In this document: positions 13,353-26,984 of the stretch, one piece after another
How positions within the stretch are numbered: position 1 is the first letter of the stretch
Layout: each line of letters starts with the position of its first letter
From: Podarcis filfolensis
Taxonomy: Eukaryota
Length of the DNA stretch: 64,000 nt
Assembly: GCA_964270895.1 (NCBI GenBank)
Contig: OZ185438.1
Direction: 5' to 3' (one strand)
Translations under genes and position numbers: made by a program
Notes under the pieces: generated by a model
What the model was told of the DNA's origin: nothing
Database searches by the model: none
The model's input: the letters and a program-made list of their open reading frames with translations, nothing else

Positions 13353-13645
13353 CAGTGGTACCTTAGGTTAAGAACTTAATTCGTTCCGGAGGTCCGTTCT
13401 TAACTGAAACTGTTCTTAACCTGAGGTACCACTGTAAAACCAAGATGCCCTGTTTTAATAGACACTGCAGCATGTCACATGCATTTAGTTTAGCTAATGG
13501 GGCCTCCTGCTGCCGCTGCGCTGTGGCGGCACGATTTCTGTTCTCATCCTGAAGCAAAGTTCTTAACCTGAGGTACTATTTCTGGTACTACTATTAGCGG
13601 AGTCTAACCTGTGACCTGAAGTGTCTGTAACCCGAGGTACCACTG
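13353..13645 (+). mobile_element. Tigger/pogo-like MITE, rearranged copy
   Basis: TIRs CAGTGGTACC...GGTACCACTG with TA TSDs. Same family as 26985-27225 and 63090-63307. Contains an inverted copy of its own left flank. Confidence 0.9.
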
Positions 13646-16068
13646 TACTTGGTTTAAGGCTGCTTGTACCACAATAATTTATCTGCGAAATATTACAGGT
13701 CTTTGTATCACCTTAACTATAAAAATAGGTTATAATTAAAATTTGAATATTTTTTGTATGTCCTGTGAAAATACCTCCAAGCAGCAAATTGTCATGGGCC
13801 ATTTGTTCAAAGGGACCCAAATTTCTCCTCTCCTCTTTTGTACTTAAATATCTTGGTCTTTTAAAAGTATTCTTTTGCCAGTGCTAGCTTAAAGGGTTTT
13901 GACAGGAAATGAAGCTACTCCTTATCTTAGTGTTTTGCTCTTTGAATAGCTTATTACTTAAGCATGATACATTTTTTGTTATATGTTAAATGTGGTTGAA
14001 CTGAAGCTTGAACTTCATATTATGTTTGATTCTACCTCCAAAAGCTGCATCCCTGTATCAAATTTCTCCTGTGGAACGTTGCATAACTTATCTGTATCAG
14101 GATATTGTGCATCTGTATCAGGATATTGTGTTTTGCATTTTCCTGCCCAGTATATCATTGGCTGAGGTAAACCTTTGAGATATCACAACACTGCTGGGTG
14201 TGCTGAATCAATACAGGGTAGAAGCGCAAAAAGAACTTCTTATGGCTATATCATTTTAGGCAGCGGCCCTATACTGAACTTATCTTGAAAACTGCTTTTA
14301 GTCTTTGTACTAGCCCTACAGCATTGTAGAGTTTCTTCATGTTCAGAAGTCACTGAATCCTTTCTGAACAGGTGTGGAAGACCAAATGCTATGTGTGCTC
14401 TTTTTAGTTAAATTTCCACAATGCCCGTCAAACCTTATGAGCTCTTGACATGTCCAGATGTGGTGTGGGGAGGGGGGCTTCTTTCCCAGAGAATGGTAGA
14501 TTGGAGACTTAAAAATGCTTCCAGATTATTGGATATGAATGAGAACATTGTATGAAGTGAAACTTGGAGGCGGCAATGAAAACACAGAAAATATGCAGAC
14601 ACTGGGCACAAAACTAATAGTTTTGGCATGTGTTTGGTCTGCAGCTTGCTTTTGTAGGTGTGAATGATGTAAGCCCCAACCAAAAGTTGAATCCAGAGAG
14701 CTTTGTGTTTCCTTTCCTATTTTACAAACCCTCGTCTTGAACCAGCACATAAGTAACACTCTCCATATGGCCAAAACTTTAAAGGTCTTTGGAAGCTAGG
14801 TGTTTATAGCCCCTTGAGTCTTGAACAAAACCTATAGAGTAGTGCAACTTTATATAAAGCTGAACAGTGGTTGGATTTGTTACAAGTTGCTTCAGTTGAC
14901 AGCAACTGGAAGCTAACATTTTAGTCATGAAAGTTGGAGGCAGGAAACTATTTGGGCTGGTAAGGAAACAGTGAATACTACATCAATGAGTATTTTAAAG
15001 TCTTTATTTCTAAGACTCCATTTACAGAAGCTTCAGGCAAGAAGAAAACCAAGGGTTGGCTTCTGTGTGTTTTTTCCTGTAGACTGTTTTGCTGTCTTCT
15101 GCCCTTGCCTCCTCCGTTCCCTTCTTCCTGGGCTCTCTAACATTAAAACCATTAAACTAAATCTTGGCAGCCCGGCTAGGTTAGATGACTATAATGCTGC
15201 TTTAACATTTTTAATCTGCTAAATCGCTTAAGTATTTCTATGGCTGCCAAAGATAAGTCTCTAACTTTGAAGAAAGTATTGGTGTTGAGCTTTATTCTTG
15301 CTAATGGTCAAAGCCTTTGGCTGTCTTTTGTTTTCCTTGTTTCTGTTTTATTTTGAAGGGAGAAAAGTTGGGTTCTCACATGATTCCAGCACCCATGAGT
15401 AAATTTAAGCCACTTCTCACATTAGGCATGTATTAGTATTTGGAACATAGTATTGCATTCAGTGCTTGCATATGGAAGAGTTTAGTTTGAAGTGGCCCTA
15501 GCGGTATACAGATAGGGTTCCAAACATGACTCATTTTATGCAGCACTTCAGTGGGGAACTAGAATTGCATTTTTTTAAAGGAAAGTTGCTGCTTGTGAAA
15601 CTGTTGGAAAAGCTACTTTGTTGCCATTCAGATGTTACTCCCCCCCCCCCCCCGATGGTACTTAAGGTGAAATTTGCAATGGCTTCGAGTCCACAAAGAA
15701 TGCAAAATTGGATAAGGTTTTTGCCATTTTCTGCTGTGGGGAAGGAAGCATGATCATCAAAGGCAACTCCCCAATCTTTCTGTTGGTACAATCTGTCTGA
15801 AAATAAACAAATGACCTGCTTGCTATGTCTCTAGCCTGTTGAGTCTGCTTTGTCTTCTTATTCCTCCTTCAAGTCCTTTAACATGGCTAAATTTCTCTTG
15901 AGTTGCATACTTGTGGCTTGGAGCAATTGGCCTTGCTATCACTCCGTCTCCAGAAATCAAGTCTCTGGGAAGAACTGAGCATTGTGCCTCCTAAGAGGAT
16001 GATTTTTATAACTCATTTGGAAAAACAACTAGTAAAGGTTTGGCAGGGCAGCTGATGCTTTTTTCAGA

Positions 16069-16072
<4 letters not shown>

Positions 16073-16112
<40 letters not shown>

Positions 16113-16134
16113 CACACACACACACACACACACA
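16073..16134. repeat. Compound microsatellite (TG)17(CG)3(CA)11
   Basis: Read directly. Confidence 0.95.
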
Positions 16135-17855
16135 TTGATATAGTCAACCAGCCTACTTTGGCTGTATTAGCAGAACTATTGGAGTAGCATATTGTAGGAC
16201 AGGGAGGACTAGTACAAACTGGCTTTCACAAAATAACCATTTTGATTTTCAAACTGCTGTGGCTTCATGCATGGAAGACAATCTTACTTGGCTACGAGTG
16301 ATCGCCAAAGAAGAATGTAAAATTTTCCATGTACAGCTGTCTTTTGGACCTGGTAGTTCAGTAACATGTGTTGACTACTACTGTGTATACTACAGGCTTT
16401 GCTCAAAATGTGTTTAGGAACTGTAGCTGGTGCCAAATGTTGCTGCCCTGTTTTATTAACATGGTCAGATTGTAAAGTTAAGTACACTGGTTTTGGTTTA
16501 GATATCTGATTACTACATGTAAAGCTCTAGAATAGATGGTCTAAGTACAGTAAACTTGAGTCTTCTCTCATACGAAACCCCATGATTAAAGTCTTAAGAA
16601 CCTTTACTTGGGGTTCTGTATAACCATGAAAACAGATCTGCGGGCGCACGGAACAGCCCCTGTTTATGGCGTGCACTTGATAAACTTCTTCAGGCTACAT
16701 CACTTTGCAGTTAAGACATCAGTAAGAACTTTTCTTGTTGGCTATATTGGGGACATGTCTGGGTGGATTCTTGTGTGAGAAGAACGAACTGCCACCTCTA
16801 GAGGTGTCAGTGTGGGTCTTCTGCATTTTATACTCTTTTTTCATGAATGTCATGTGCTATTTCTGTTGGCATAAGTTTAAAAGACTGTTTCAATAGAGAT
16901 GTTAATGAATTTCATATGTTAATTTTGCACTGTATGAAGAGTGATTGCTTTTTGCTGTATCTACCACCCATCAGTTTCACTGAATTTTGGTGTGGTGAGG
17001 ATGAATAGAAACTGTTCTGCATGCTGTTCATAAGTTTTGTTAAACTTTTGTCTCCACCCCCTCTTCTTCTGAACAAAAAGCTTCCAGTGCATACCTCATT
17101 CTAAAGTCTTAGTTACCTGCTTCATTTTCTCTCCCCCCCCCAAACTGTTGCTATCCTTCAGGGAATCTGAGGAACCTTGTGCATTTGCCATGGGATCATT
17201 GCATTGTGCAGAGGATACTGGGGCATATGCTCCAGAGTGTACTGTTACTCTTGGGTCTCAGTCTCCCTGCATCATCTGAAGGTGCCCTGGAAATCCCACA
17301 CCAAATGAGCAGCTGTGTTCACATGTCATAGAAAGCCATAAACTGTGACTTACTACGACATAGCAGCTTGCTAGTGCACACTGCTGAATCACTCCTGTTG
17401 CTTTCTTCCCTTTGAGCTGGGAACAAGAAACTGCACACCCTGGAACCCAGTCCTTTTTGTCTTTCTCACCAAACAAACCAGGTTAAACCAAAATTTGTTA
17501 CTGACTTAGCAGTTCTGGTTTTTTGCGAGAACAAACATGGTTTGGTTGTATGCTATTTTTGTAAGTTGCTTTGAGTTTTCGTAAAAAGACTAATCAGTTT
17601 AATAAATAATAATATAATAATAATGAGCCTTGGTTGACACATCACTCTAAGCCAGGGCTCATGGTTTATGGCTCCCAGCTTGATGAAGGGAGTAATTCAG
17701 CAGTGTATAGTAGTGGGCTTCTGCTCCATAGCAAATCAGTTTATGACTTAACGTGATGTGCAAATGCAGCCAGTAGTCCATAGAATTCTCTCCTCACTCA
17801 TTGAATGGAACCTGTTGCTGTTTTAAATATCAATGAGAAATTCTTTGTGTTGCAG

Positions 17856-17998
17856 ATTTAATACAGTGCACAAATGAGATGAACGTAAATATCCCACAGT
17901 TGGCGGACAGCTTGTTCGAAAGGACAATGAACAGTAGCTGGGTGGTGGTATTCAAGTCACTCATCACAACACACCATCTAATGGTGTACGGAAATGAG
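17856..17998 (+). CDS. PICALM: PICALM exon 2 (143 bp), ANTH domain: LIQCTNEMNVNIPQLADSLFERTMNSSWVVVFKSLITTHHLMVYGNE
   Basis: tgcag acceptor, gtaact donor; translation matches CALM. Confidence 0.98.
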
Positions 17999-20482
17999 GT
18001 AACTTATTACTGCAGATCACTCATACATTAGAGAATTGGCTTATTCAGTGCAACCTGGCTTTTTGCCCTGCATTGGGGATAATGAATGGTATTTAAAAAC
18101 AGCCTGAGGCTTAACTAATGCATGTTCCCTGGCAAAAATTGTGAAAGCGTATTTGGATGATCTTGATCACTTACATGCCATAAATAAGTTTGTAAGTGTC
18201 TCTGAAACAGGGATTGGTAACCTGTATTCCTCAGGACTTCAGCTCAGATTAACTGCATCTAGCATGGCCAGTGGTTAGGGATCTGGTCGAAAGACATTGA
18301 GGATATAGATCAAGTGTGAACAACTTGATCTATAGTATTTGTGAAAATTGTTAGTGTTAATTTTGTCTACAGCTATAGAATTGAACTATAGAAAATTCAA
18401 AAAGGGGGGGAACAAGTAATAGGGGCAGTTTAGAAATAATCAGCTTGCAATAATTTCTGAGGAGTAATGTTACTTTTTGCATTCCACAGTCTTCCTTAGG
18501 TTCCACATCTCAAAACAGGTTTTTTTGTTTTGTTTTGGTTAAATATATATCACCCCTTCAGTAAAACTACTAACACATTTGTTCATTTGTTCAGTTGTGC
18601 ATTTCCATAATGCATGTGGTCAGTAATAACTTGGGAGAATGCTGAGGATAGTGTTTGAACATGAATGATTATTTTTTAATTTTTCTGGCTACATATTGCC
18701 TGAATTCATTTATATCACAGAACCATAATCCTTCCTGTTGAAGGGGGAGGGGAGAAGAAGTAGGGCATTTTGCAGAACAATGGTGCCACATCACCATGTG
18801 AAATACATTCACGATCTCATTCTTAAAACACTTCCTTACCTCATACTATGCTATTACAAAAGTTTTATTTATACTGCTCAGTTCATGTATTTGGCATTGA
18901 TGAGGGTGTAACCAGAGAAGGAAACGGCACTTGTGGGCTGGCTGACGAATGAATGGGACTAATATGAGTCATTTGAAGTCTGCATCATTTACCACATGGT
19001 TAAATTGTTTACTGGCTAAATGTCACCAATGCATGTAAGTTCATTCACTGTTCAGAGTAGGTCATAGTTGTAGTGATCCAGTCTTCTTGTCCAAATGGGA
19101 TTCAATGTGTGCTAGAATATATATTTATCTTAATATAGTCTTTTGCTGCTTTTTACACCAGTGCTTCCAAGTGACTTATAGGACGACAAAAAAAAAATAC
19201 AACAAGAAGAAAAATATAAAAACAGCAGTAAAACAAGACCTAAAATGCTCACCCAGTATATACTGGGGGCTGTGCTCCAGCTTGCATTGCTCACCAAACT
19301 CCGCACTCCCCTTTAAATCTTACCAATCCCCAGGCTGAATGAAGGGTTGCAGCCGTGAGAAAGATGGATGGGCTTCCTTTGTCCACCTTGGGTGTTTCTT
19401 CGTGTCTGTGTAGTCAGTCATTATAGGGCTCAGGCAAAGGAACAAGGGGGCAGGGTGTGTGCATTAAGGGCAGCCTTGGAACGCTGGGGATGTTGCTTTT
19501 GGCCCAGTTGCTTCTCCCGAGGGGTGCTCCTTTATCCTGCATGCTGCTGACTTATCTGCAATGCCTGGTATGTGGTGTAGGGGATAGCAGTGGATCCACA
19601 TGCTGGCTGGCTGCCACTTCTGGCCACTTTCCTCATTGCCACGGTGCTGCTTTTGCATCCTGGTCAGCTGCCTGGGATGTGGAAGCAGCAGATGATCTCC
19701 AGGCTGGCTGGGGATGAAGAAGATGGCCAGTAGCAGTGACAGCCAGCCTTGGACTGTGGATCCTTTGGGTAGACATCCCAGGGCTGGCAGACAGTGGAGC
19801 CAGCAGAGCAGGGTGGCTGCTGCATCCTGTTCCAGCTGTTTGTCTGAAGCTCAACTGGGCTGCCCACTCACTGCCTCTATACTTCATATTGCCACTTGCT
19901 GTGACCAAGCAAACTGCAGCATGATGACACTGTTACAAGTTAAATATAAGAAAATGAAAGAGAACACACTATGCCCACCCCAGTTAAAAGGAAAATATTT
20001 GTATTCAGAACCAGCCTTACATTTCTTGAGACTGCATGCACTGTGGTTCGACTTACAAGGTGAATACCTATTTTTTACTTCCAGGATGGTATTCCTGTCT
20101 AAATAGCTCTAGCTCATCAACTTGGATAGTTCGCTTTAAAAAGCAGGCATTTGAAGTGCCTTTGGATCCGTGCGTGAGAGGCCAGCATGGGAACTGCTCT
20201 GGTTTGCTTATTTGGATTGGACAATTTGAGAAGATTTCTCTTCTGTACTCACCACATCACAGCTGAATCAATTCAGACATTACACCAAACTGTAGTTTGA
20301 GACCCAAACTGTGCTTGCTGGGCTAATGAAAGCTGTAATTCCAAAACCTGGAGAGTATCAGATTGGGGAAGCCTGGCTTATAGGCATTCTGACCTAGGTC
20401 ACTCTATGTTAATGATAAGATACACAGAAAGAGCTACGTACAATTCCAGTCAAATAATCCAAAGTCTTTTTATCCCTTCTAG

Positions 20483-20558
20483 CGTTTTATCCAGTATCTG
20501 GCTTCCAGGAACACATTGTTTAACTTGAGCAATTTCTTGGACAAAAGTGGATTGCAAG
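20483..20558 (+). CDS. PICALM: PICALM exon 3 (76 bp): RFIQYLASRNTLFNLSNFLDKSGLQG
   Basis: AG/GT boundaries, in frame. Confidence 0.98.
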
Positions 20559-21144
20559 GTAAATCATTTGGTTTGTTTCAAGTGAGTCATGACATCCTTG
20601 AAGGTGTCTTTATAGCAGCATCATTGCTTCGGGACTCAGTTATCATTCTGAAAAGTGTAACCCTTCTGGTGGAGACCTCTCCCAAGTGCTTAAAAGATAT
20701 TTGAACTTCTCTATATTCTACAACAGTCTGCAGTTGAATAGTAAAATGTCCACATTCCCCCCCCCCCCGAATTAACATTCATAAGGAAATTCATTAACAT
20801 TCATAAGGAAATAACAGATAACACAGACATCATCTTTAGTATGCAGCTAATGAAGCTGGCCCATAAAATGATTTCTACAGTTAGAGAGTGAGATGTACAA
20901 GTTCTAATTTAGTCAAAGGAGAAATGTGGGAGAAGAGGAAGCTCAGGGCATGTCTTTGTCTAAAATCACTTGTATATGGAAATCTGTGCTTTTAATTTAT
21001 TTGATTCTCACAGTAAGTTAGATATATTTGTCCATAGGGTCCAAATGATGATCCTGTGAATTTAAATTGTTACGTTCTTAATGTTTAGTCATAAGTGTTC
21101 ATGCAAAACAGGGAGCTAATTTGTTTTGTCTTTCTCTTCTTTAG

Positions 21145-21247
21145 GGTATGATATGTCCACATTTATCAGAAGATATAGCAGGTATTTGAATGAAAAAGCA
21201 GTTTCCTACAGACAAGTAGCTTTTGATTTCACAAAAGTAAAAAGAGG
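21145..21247 (+). CDS. PICALM: PICALM exon 4 (103 bp): [34 protein letters not shown]
   Basis: AG/GT boundaries, in frame. Confidence 0.98.
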
Positions 21248-22654
21248 GTAAGGATTACATTGTCTGGAATAAATTTATTTTAAGGTGTAGCTTACCGTTT
21301 ATAGCTTCTGTTCTAATTACTCATAAGTTTACTTAAATGTAAAAATGCAATTTCAAACGAATAATTGACCTCTAGAAGGTTAAGTCTTGCTACCAATGGA
21401 ACCAAGATCTGTTTTTACACCACTGTGCTTTGTGTTCCAGCTAGGCAATGATTTGGTTCCCAGGTGTTTTTTATTCGTATGTTTTTTTAATTAGAAGGCT
21501 GTGTGCATGTGTGTGTGCTTTTGGGAAAGGAAGAACTTTGCAGATCAGAGGGTTGATGTAGTGCTGATCTAAATAACTGCAGTGAGTTTTGCAGCTTCCA
21601 CAAAACACATTTTGTCAAAACAGTCATATTAAATTTGACAATTAAAAGTGCCAAGTGACAAGCAAGTTTAACTAAGAAGTAATTCTGGACTTGAAGTTGG
21701 AAGCTCAATATTTTTTATTTTATTTTTAAGCTGGCAGCAAGGGCTTTTAAGTTGATGAAGGCTGAGAAAGGAAGGCAGTCTTCGAAAAGATTTTTGGATA
21801 TAAAATTCTTAAAACTCAAAAGTATATACTAGAGGGAGTCAACATTATGGAGCGTATTTGAATGAGCTTTTAAATGCTGGTGTTTTGTCAAGTAGTCTGG
21901 GAGAAGAAACATTCCAAAAGCTCTTCACCAGTAGCATCTGCATTTCCATAGAAGTCCAGCCCTTTGCTCCCATCCCTGTGCCTTGTGCTATCAGGCTTTT
22001 ATCCTGTCTCTGCCAGCCCTGCGTCTGTAATCACTTGCGATTGCAGTCAACTATGTGACTAGTTCTACACGCGCAAGGAAGCTTTAGATTTGTGTTACTT
22101 TAACAGCAATGATCTGTGCTGTGTGTCAAATTTCTTTTGAAACTTTGGAAAGTTTAAAGGCAGTATGTGATATGAACGTAAGAGCCTTGCTGTGTCAGAG
22201 CAGATGTCAATCTAGTCCATCATACTGCTTTAACAGTTACTATTCATTGCTTTATAGGAAGTTCATAAGCATTATTACCTAAGAGCAGAGTAGATTTGAG
22301 GGGTTGAAGGGGACAGGAGGAGAAGTTCCTTTGCACAAGCAGAACAACTCACACAGTGATTTCATTGGACACCAGCTGATAGAAATTGTACTGAAAGTAG
22401 TTCAAAGGTCTTGTGACTTCTGTGTTCTTGAAAATTTGAAATGACTGACGTTAAGAGTATAAAAAATAGAAAGATCAGTAGAATTCTGCTTTGCCATTTT
22501 TGTTCCTTTAATTGAGTCTAAAATGTTTAATAGTCATGACACACCTTTAAAAACTTGACTGAGACACTTAGGAACTTGGATAGATCTTGAGTTACTCTCA
22601 ACTTAGTAATGTTTCTCTTGCTGTTGATCTTCTTGCTTGCTTTCACAGCAAGTA

Positions 22655-22800
22655 GAATCATAAAATCATAGAATCAGAGCTGGAAGGGACGCCAAGGGTC
22701 ATTTAGTCCAAACCCCCCCCCCATGCAATACTTTTGAGTTTTAAGAATCTCAGTTAAAACATCCGTGACAGATGGTCATCCAACCCCTGCTTAAAAACCT
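22655..22800 (-). mobile_element. CR1 LINE 3' end
   Basis: TAGAATCATA-type repeats (reverse of the ATTCTATG CR1 tail), then GAGCTGGAAGGGAC...TAGTCCAA. Confidence 0.65.
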
Positions 22801-23308
22801 AGAGTAGGAGTGAGTTAAGTAGTTTAGCTCACAAATACAATCCATACGACTACACAATGATTTAAAATATTTTAAAATGCCTTGCATATCTAAACATGAA
22901 GTTACCAATATCCAATAACTTGACATCCAAATGAAACTGCAAAGCTTGCCAGCGTTAGCACCAAGCCCCTCTTCCCCCAAAACATTTACACCTAGAGTCA
23001 AAAGGCCAGAAATCCCATGGGAGTTCTCCTTGCAGGCCCACTTCCCCAACTCCTGGGGCTGGAAGTTGGGGCAAGACATCCAGTTTTCCCTGTTGTATTC
23101 AGACAAATTCCATGGTCTGGGCAGAGAGCAAGAGGCCTCCTATTATCCTTACCGGTCTGGCCTATTGCTTTTATGCATGCACGTAGGTTGCAGGGGCAGG
23201 GCAAAGGGGAGGGAAAAGAGTGGAACACCCTGTGTCAGCCATCTCTGTGTGCATCATGCCAGATATGTTTTGCTTACTGAAGTGTTTCTCACTTCCCCTT
23301 TCTCTTAG

Positions 23309-23402
23309 TGCTGACGGAGTCATGAGGACTATGAATACTGAGAAACTCCTAAAAACAGTACCAATAATACAAAACCAGATGGATGCACTTCTTGATTTCA
23401 AT
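23309..23402 (+). CDS. PICALM: PICALM exon 5 (94 bp): [31 protein letters not shown]
   Basis: AG/GT boundaries, in frame. Confidence 0.98.
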
Positions 23403-23973
23403 GTAAGTGTTTTAGTTACGGCATCGATAAAGGCTAGACTACCTACTCCTGGTTTCATAAAACACTACCTCTTAATGCCTTATAAATGCCCTGTTTATAT
23501 TTCTGCCCTTTCTGGCTAAAGGTAGTGGAAAAAATGTTCAAATTTAGTCTCCTATGAGGAAGAAAATGTTTGGTTCTAATATGTGTTGGTGATGCAAGCG
23601 GTAATTTTTCTGAGTTGGCAAATGCTAAATATCTTAAACTATATGTTCTCTTGGGAGCGATAGACAGATGTTCTGATAGGAACTGAGAGCACCAACTATA
23701 GTAGCAATTTTCCCTAGCACCTGCATGGTAGTTGGGGGTCACCGGCACACCCCTTTGTCGCTTGGAAAGCTGCTTGCCTCTTTTTAAGACTTGTGCAACT
23801 GCTGCAGAGTTCCCAAAGCCAACGAGAGCCTTTATTTCACCAGGTTGTCATGTCACAAATTTATAGTGCACAATGTCAAAAGGCAAGACCGATCTTTTCC
23901 CTGCATACTGAAGACAGGAGATAGCCGTGGATGTTTTTTCAAATTGAACTAACTTCTTTCTTCTCACCGGCAG

Positions 23974-24085
23974 GTCAACAGCAATGAACTTACAAATGGT
24001 GTAATTAATGCTGCCTTCATGCTTCTCTTCAAAGATGCCATTAGACTCTTTGCAGCGTATAATGAAGGGATTATTAACCTGTTGG
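23974..24085 (+). CDS. PICALM: PICALM exon 6 (112 bp): [37 protein letters not shown]
   Basis: AG/GT boundaries, in frame. Includes the equivalent of human L219 (R-SNARE-binding groove). Confidence 0.98.
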
Positions 24086-24844
24086 GTAAATACTACTTTT
24101 TTTACATCTCTTCATTGTACTTAGTAGGCAAGACAGTGATCTTTGTTTTGACTTCCTGCAAGACAATTTTAAACTGCCTTAAAGAGCTGCTTCTCTTTAC
24201 ATGTAAACAGAAATATGTAGGTGCCTAAACGCAAGCTAGTCTGGAGTATTTTTGGCATGAAAAATGACTTGCTTGAACTATAATTTTCTTGTCCAGCTAC
24301 CACACAACCAATCTGCAAAGCTGACAATTTTCTCTTTGGATCTTAGGGAAGGTGACAATTTTGTTAACTAATTTAGCTTTTGGCATGCTCTCCTTAGGGC
24401 GGCTTTCATAAGTGGAATTTGTGGGTTGGAATACTTTACACTTCCTCATGGAGAGCTGCCATACCTCCAGAGGAGAGTGGAGTCGGCTAGGCATTCCTTT
24501 GTGCTTCTGAATAGGGTTTGTCGCACATACAATGTGAAGAGGAAATGCTGGAGTTGATACGGGAAAGTTAGTGTGTGGCAGTCATATATGCATTTGTACA
24601 AATAAACAATGAATCCTGTTAGGCATGGGTAGGCAACTCTTTTTGTATGCTCCTGCTTCTCTTTAATGGCGTCCCAAGCAGCAGAAATATAGCAGCTGAA
24701 GCACTTAATCTTTGAAGGTAAAAATGTTTCACCTGAAGTATTTCCAGCTTTCAGGCTGCAGTTGAAAGGGACTGGGGCAGTCAACAAGAGCAACAATGGG
24801 AAAGAGCTATTTTCTTCGTGTTATAATTTGTGGGCTTCTCAGAG

Positions 24845-24930
24845 ACAGTTGTTTAGCTACTGTTGGAAATAGGATGCTAGGCTAGATGGACCTTTGGTTT
24901 GATTCGGCAGGGCTGTTCTTAGATTCTTCA
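24845..24930 (+). mobile_element. CR1-like 3' end fragment
   Basis: AGGATGCTAGGCTAGATGGACC...GGCTGTTCTTAGATTCTT. Confidence 0.55.
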
Positions 24931-26526
24931 TGCAATGTATCTGCAATAAGATTAGTACATGGTACGGTATGGCCCAGTTGTGCCATTATTATTATATTCA
25001 CTTTGGTATACAGTATGTACCTACCTGCTAAATCTTTATGCATTGGGTTGTCCATACAGGAATGAAAGTTGAGCCAGTAAAAAAGTTGAAGCTACTGACT
25101 AGTACTTGGTAGGCCACTGTGGTTCTCATGGATTGCTTATAACATGAATGGTTGCTGTAAAGTAAAATGAGGATTGTGGTGCAGCATGCAGCAGAACATG
25201 CTCATTCACAACATTAGAATAACTTTGGGATTTTGTTTTGGGTTATATTTTGTTGAGGAAAATTTTCCTAGTTTGCCTGTCCCTTCTACACCATGTTGAA
25301 TATTTAATTTCTATCTGAAATCATAATCATTGTGAGAGGGGGTGGTTATTGTTTTAGTTTTATGTACTCTCTGGGTTTTTCCCACATTTTTATGCTGTGA
25401 ATCACCCTGAGATATTTGGATAAAGCTTGGTATACTACTACTATACAACAAATGCTGACAAACTCCTGCCAAATAGGTGAAAGTAAAAGTAAATAAATCC
25501 CAAAGTGTGTGGATGTAAATAAATAAACTTGATTGAGTTTAGTCTGTGAACACTGAAAATTTCATTCAGTAACTCCACAATTTTGACACTCACTAGATTT
25601 GCACAAGATTAATACCATTCCCTTCTGGCTGTTGACACCCTCTATTTTGTGCATTCACTGTAAAATAGATTTCTGGACTGAAGGAGTCACATTGCAATCA
25701 CTTTTTGGTGTCTGGTTTTCTGCCTGCTCCAGGGAAATGGTCACCGTTAACAAAATCAGGCTTGAGTAAGAGGAGTTGTTCTTTAGTGCAAATTCTTAAC
25801 ATTTCGCCGTTCTTCAGTAATATGTCTAGAGTGACTTAAATACAGCCTTTGCAAATGCAGGGTTTTACTTACTAACTATAACCATAGACTTATGATTCTA
25901 ACTTTTACTTCAGTCTGAGAACTTGAGGCTTCCTTCTATGTCTTACTTTGAAACTGCTGTTCCTGCACCTTATCTCCAGCTCTTGAGCCTAAACATAAAC
26001 ACATGACAGAGTGAAGAAGAGTTTGGTGAAGGGTGAAGGTTATCCATTTGCTTGGCAAACACCTCTGATCTTTGTGACTGGTTTACTCATTTGGCTGGTT
26101 TGGATATTAGGGTGAGCCATAGCTGAGGTTGGCAAAAATGAACTTAGCCCAGGCTTGCACACTCACCCCCCTCCAAAAAAAGAAAAAACGAGCTTGGCTG
26201 CACTGAGAACTTTAGAAGCTTTTGCTTCAATTTCAGATTAACTGCAGTTTGTCATGCTGTCCAAGCTGGGGTTTTTTCCACTAACCATAGTTAAGATTAA
26301 CAACAGTTGAGGGTTTTGGGTGACACACCGAACTGCAATTAATAAAAAAAGTAAGCAAGCTTCAAATCTTGTGGCTGCACCAGAGGAGGGGGTAATGTGC
26401 AAACCAAGGAGGTGGCTAGGGTAATTCTTGTAATGGTTTAGCATTTTGTTTAAATGACATCAGCACTATTAAACTGTAAACAAACACATTGATGACTCTT
26501 ATTTTTTAAATTCTCTTATTTTGTAG

Positions 26527-26633
26527 AAAAATACTTTGACATGAAAAAGAATCAATGCAAAGAAGGCCTTGACATATATAAGAAGTTTCTGACTAGAATG
26601 ACAAGGATTTCTGAGTTTCTCAAAGTTGCAGAG
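26527..26633 (+). CDS. PICALM: PICALM exon 7 (107 bp): [36 protein letters not shown]
   Basis: AG/GT boundaries, in frame. Includes the equivalent of human M244. Confidence 0.98.
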
Positions 26634-26984
26634 GTAAAACTTACTGGTCCATCCAGTTCTGTCATCATTCAAAATAACTAGATGCTATTAATGAGAGTTT
26701 TATGGAGATCAAATGGTGACCAATATTTTTGAGCTAGAATGCTTAAAGTGAGCTGAAGACCCATCCACACTAAGTTAGGGTGCAGGGAGAATATTGGTTC
26801 ATTCAGAGCTGCCTAGGAGATCGATCATATGACACCAAGTAATGTGTGTGAATGAATCAGCCTTGTGGTGGTGTACACCCAAGTATTTTGAGCTGTTACA
26901 TATTGAATGGAAGGATGGCAATCCTGCACAAGTTTCATCCCTGCATGCCTTTCTTAGATAATTCCTCACATGGACAGAAGTATA

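Noticed and set aside
14090-14130. 21-bp tandem duplication (a similar 22-bp one lies at 20771-20812)
   Set aside because: Ordinary two-copy slippage duplications with no further structure.
1-17855. PICALM exon 1 or promoter
   Set aside because: No MSGQSLTDRI coding sequence was found, and the only strongly CpG-rich blocks look like mobile elements.
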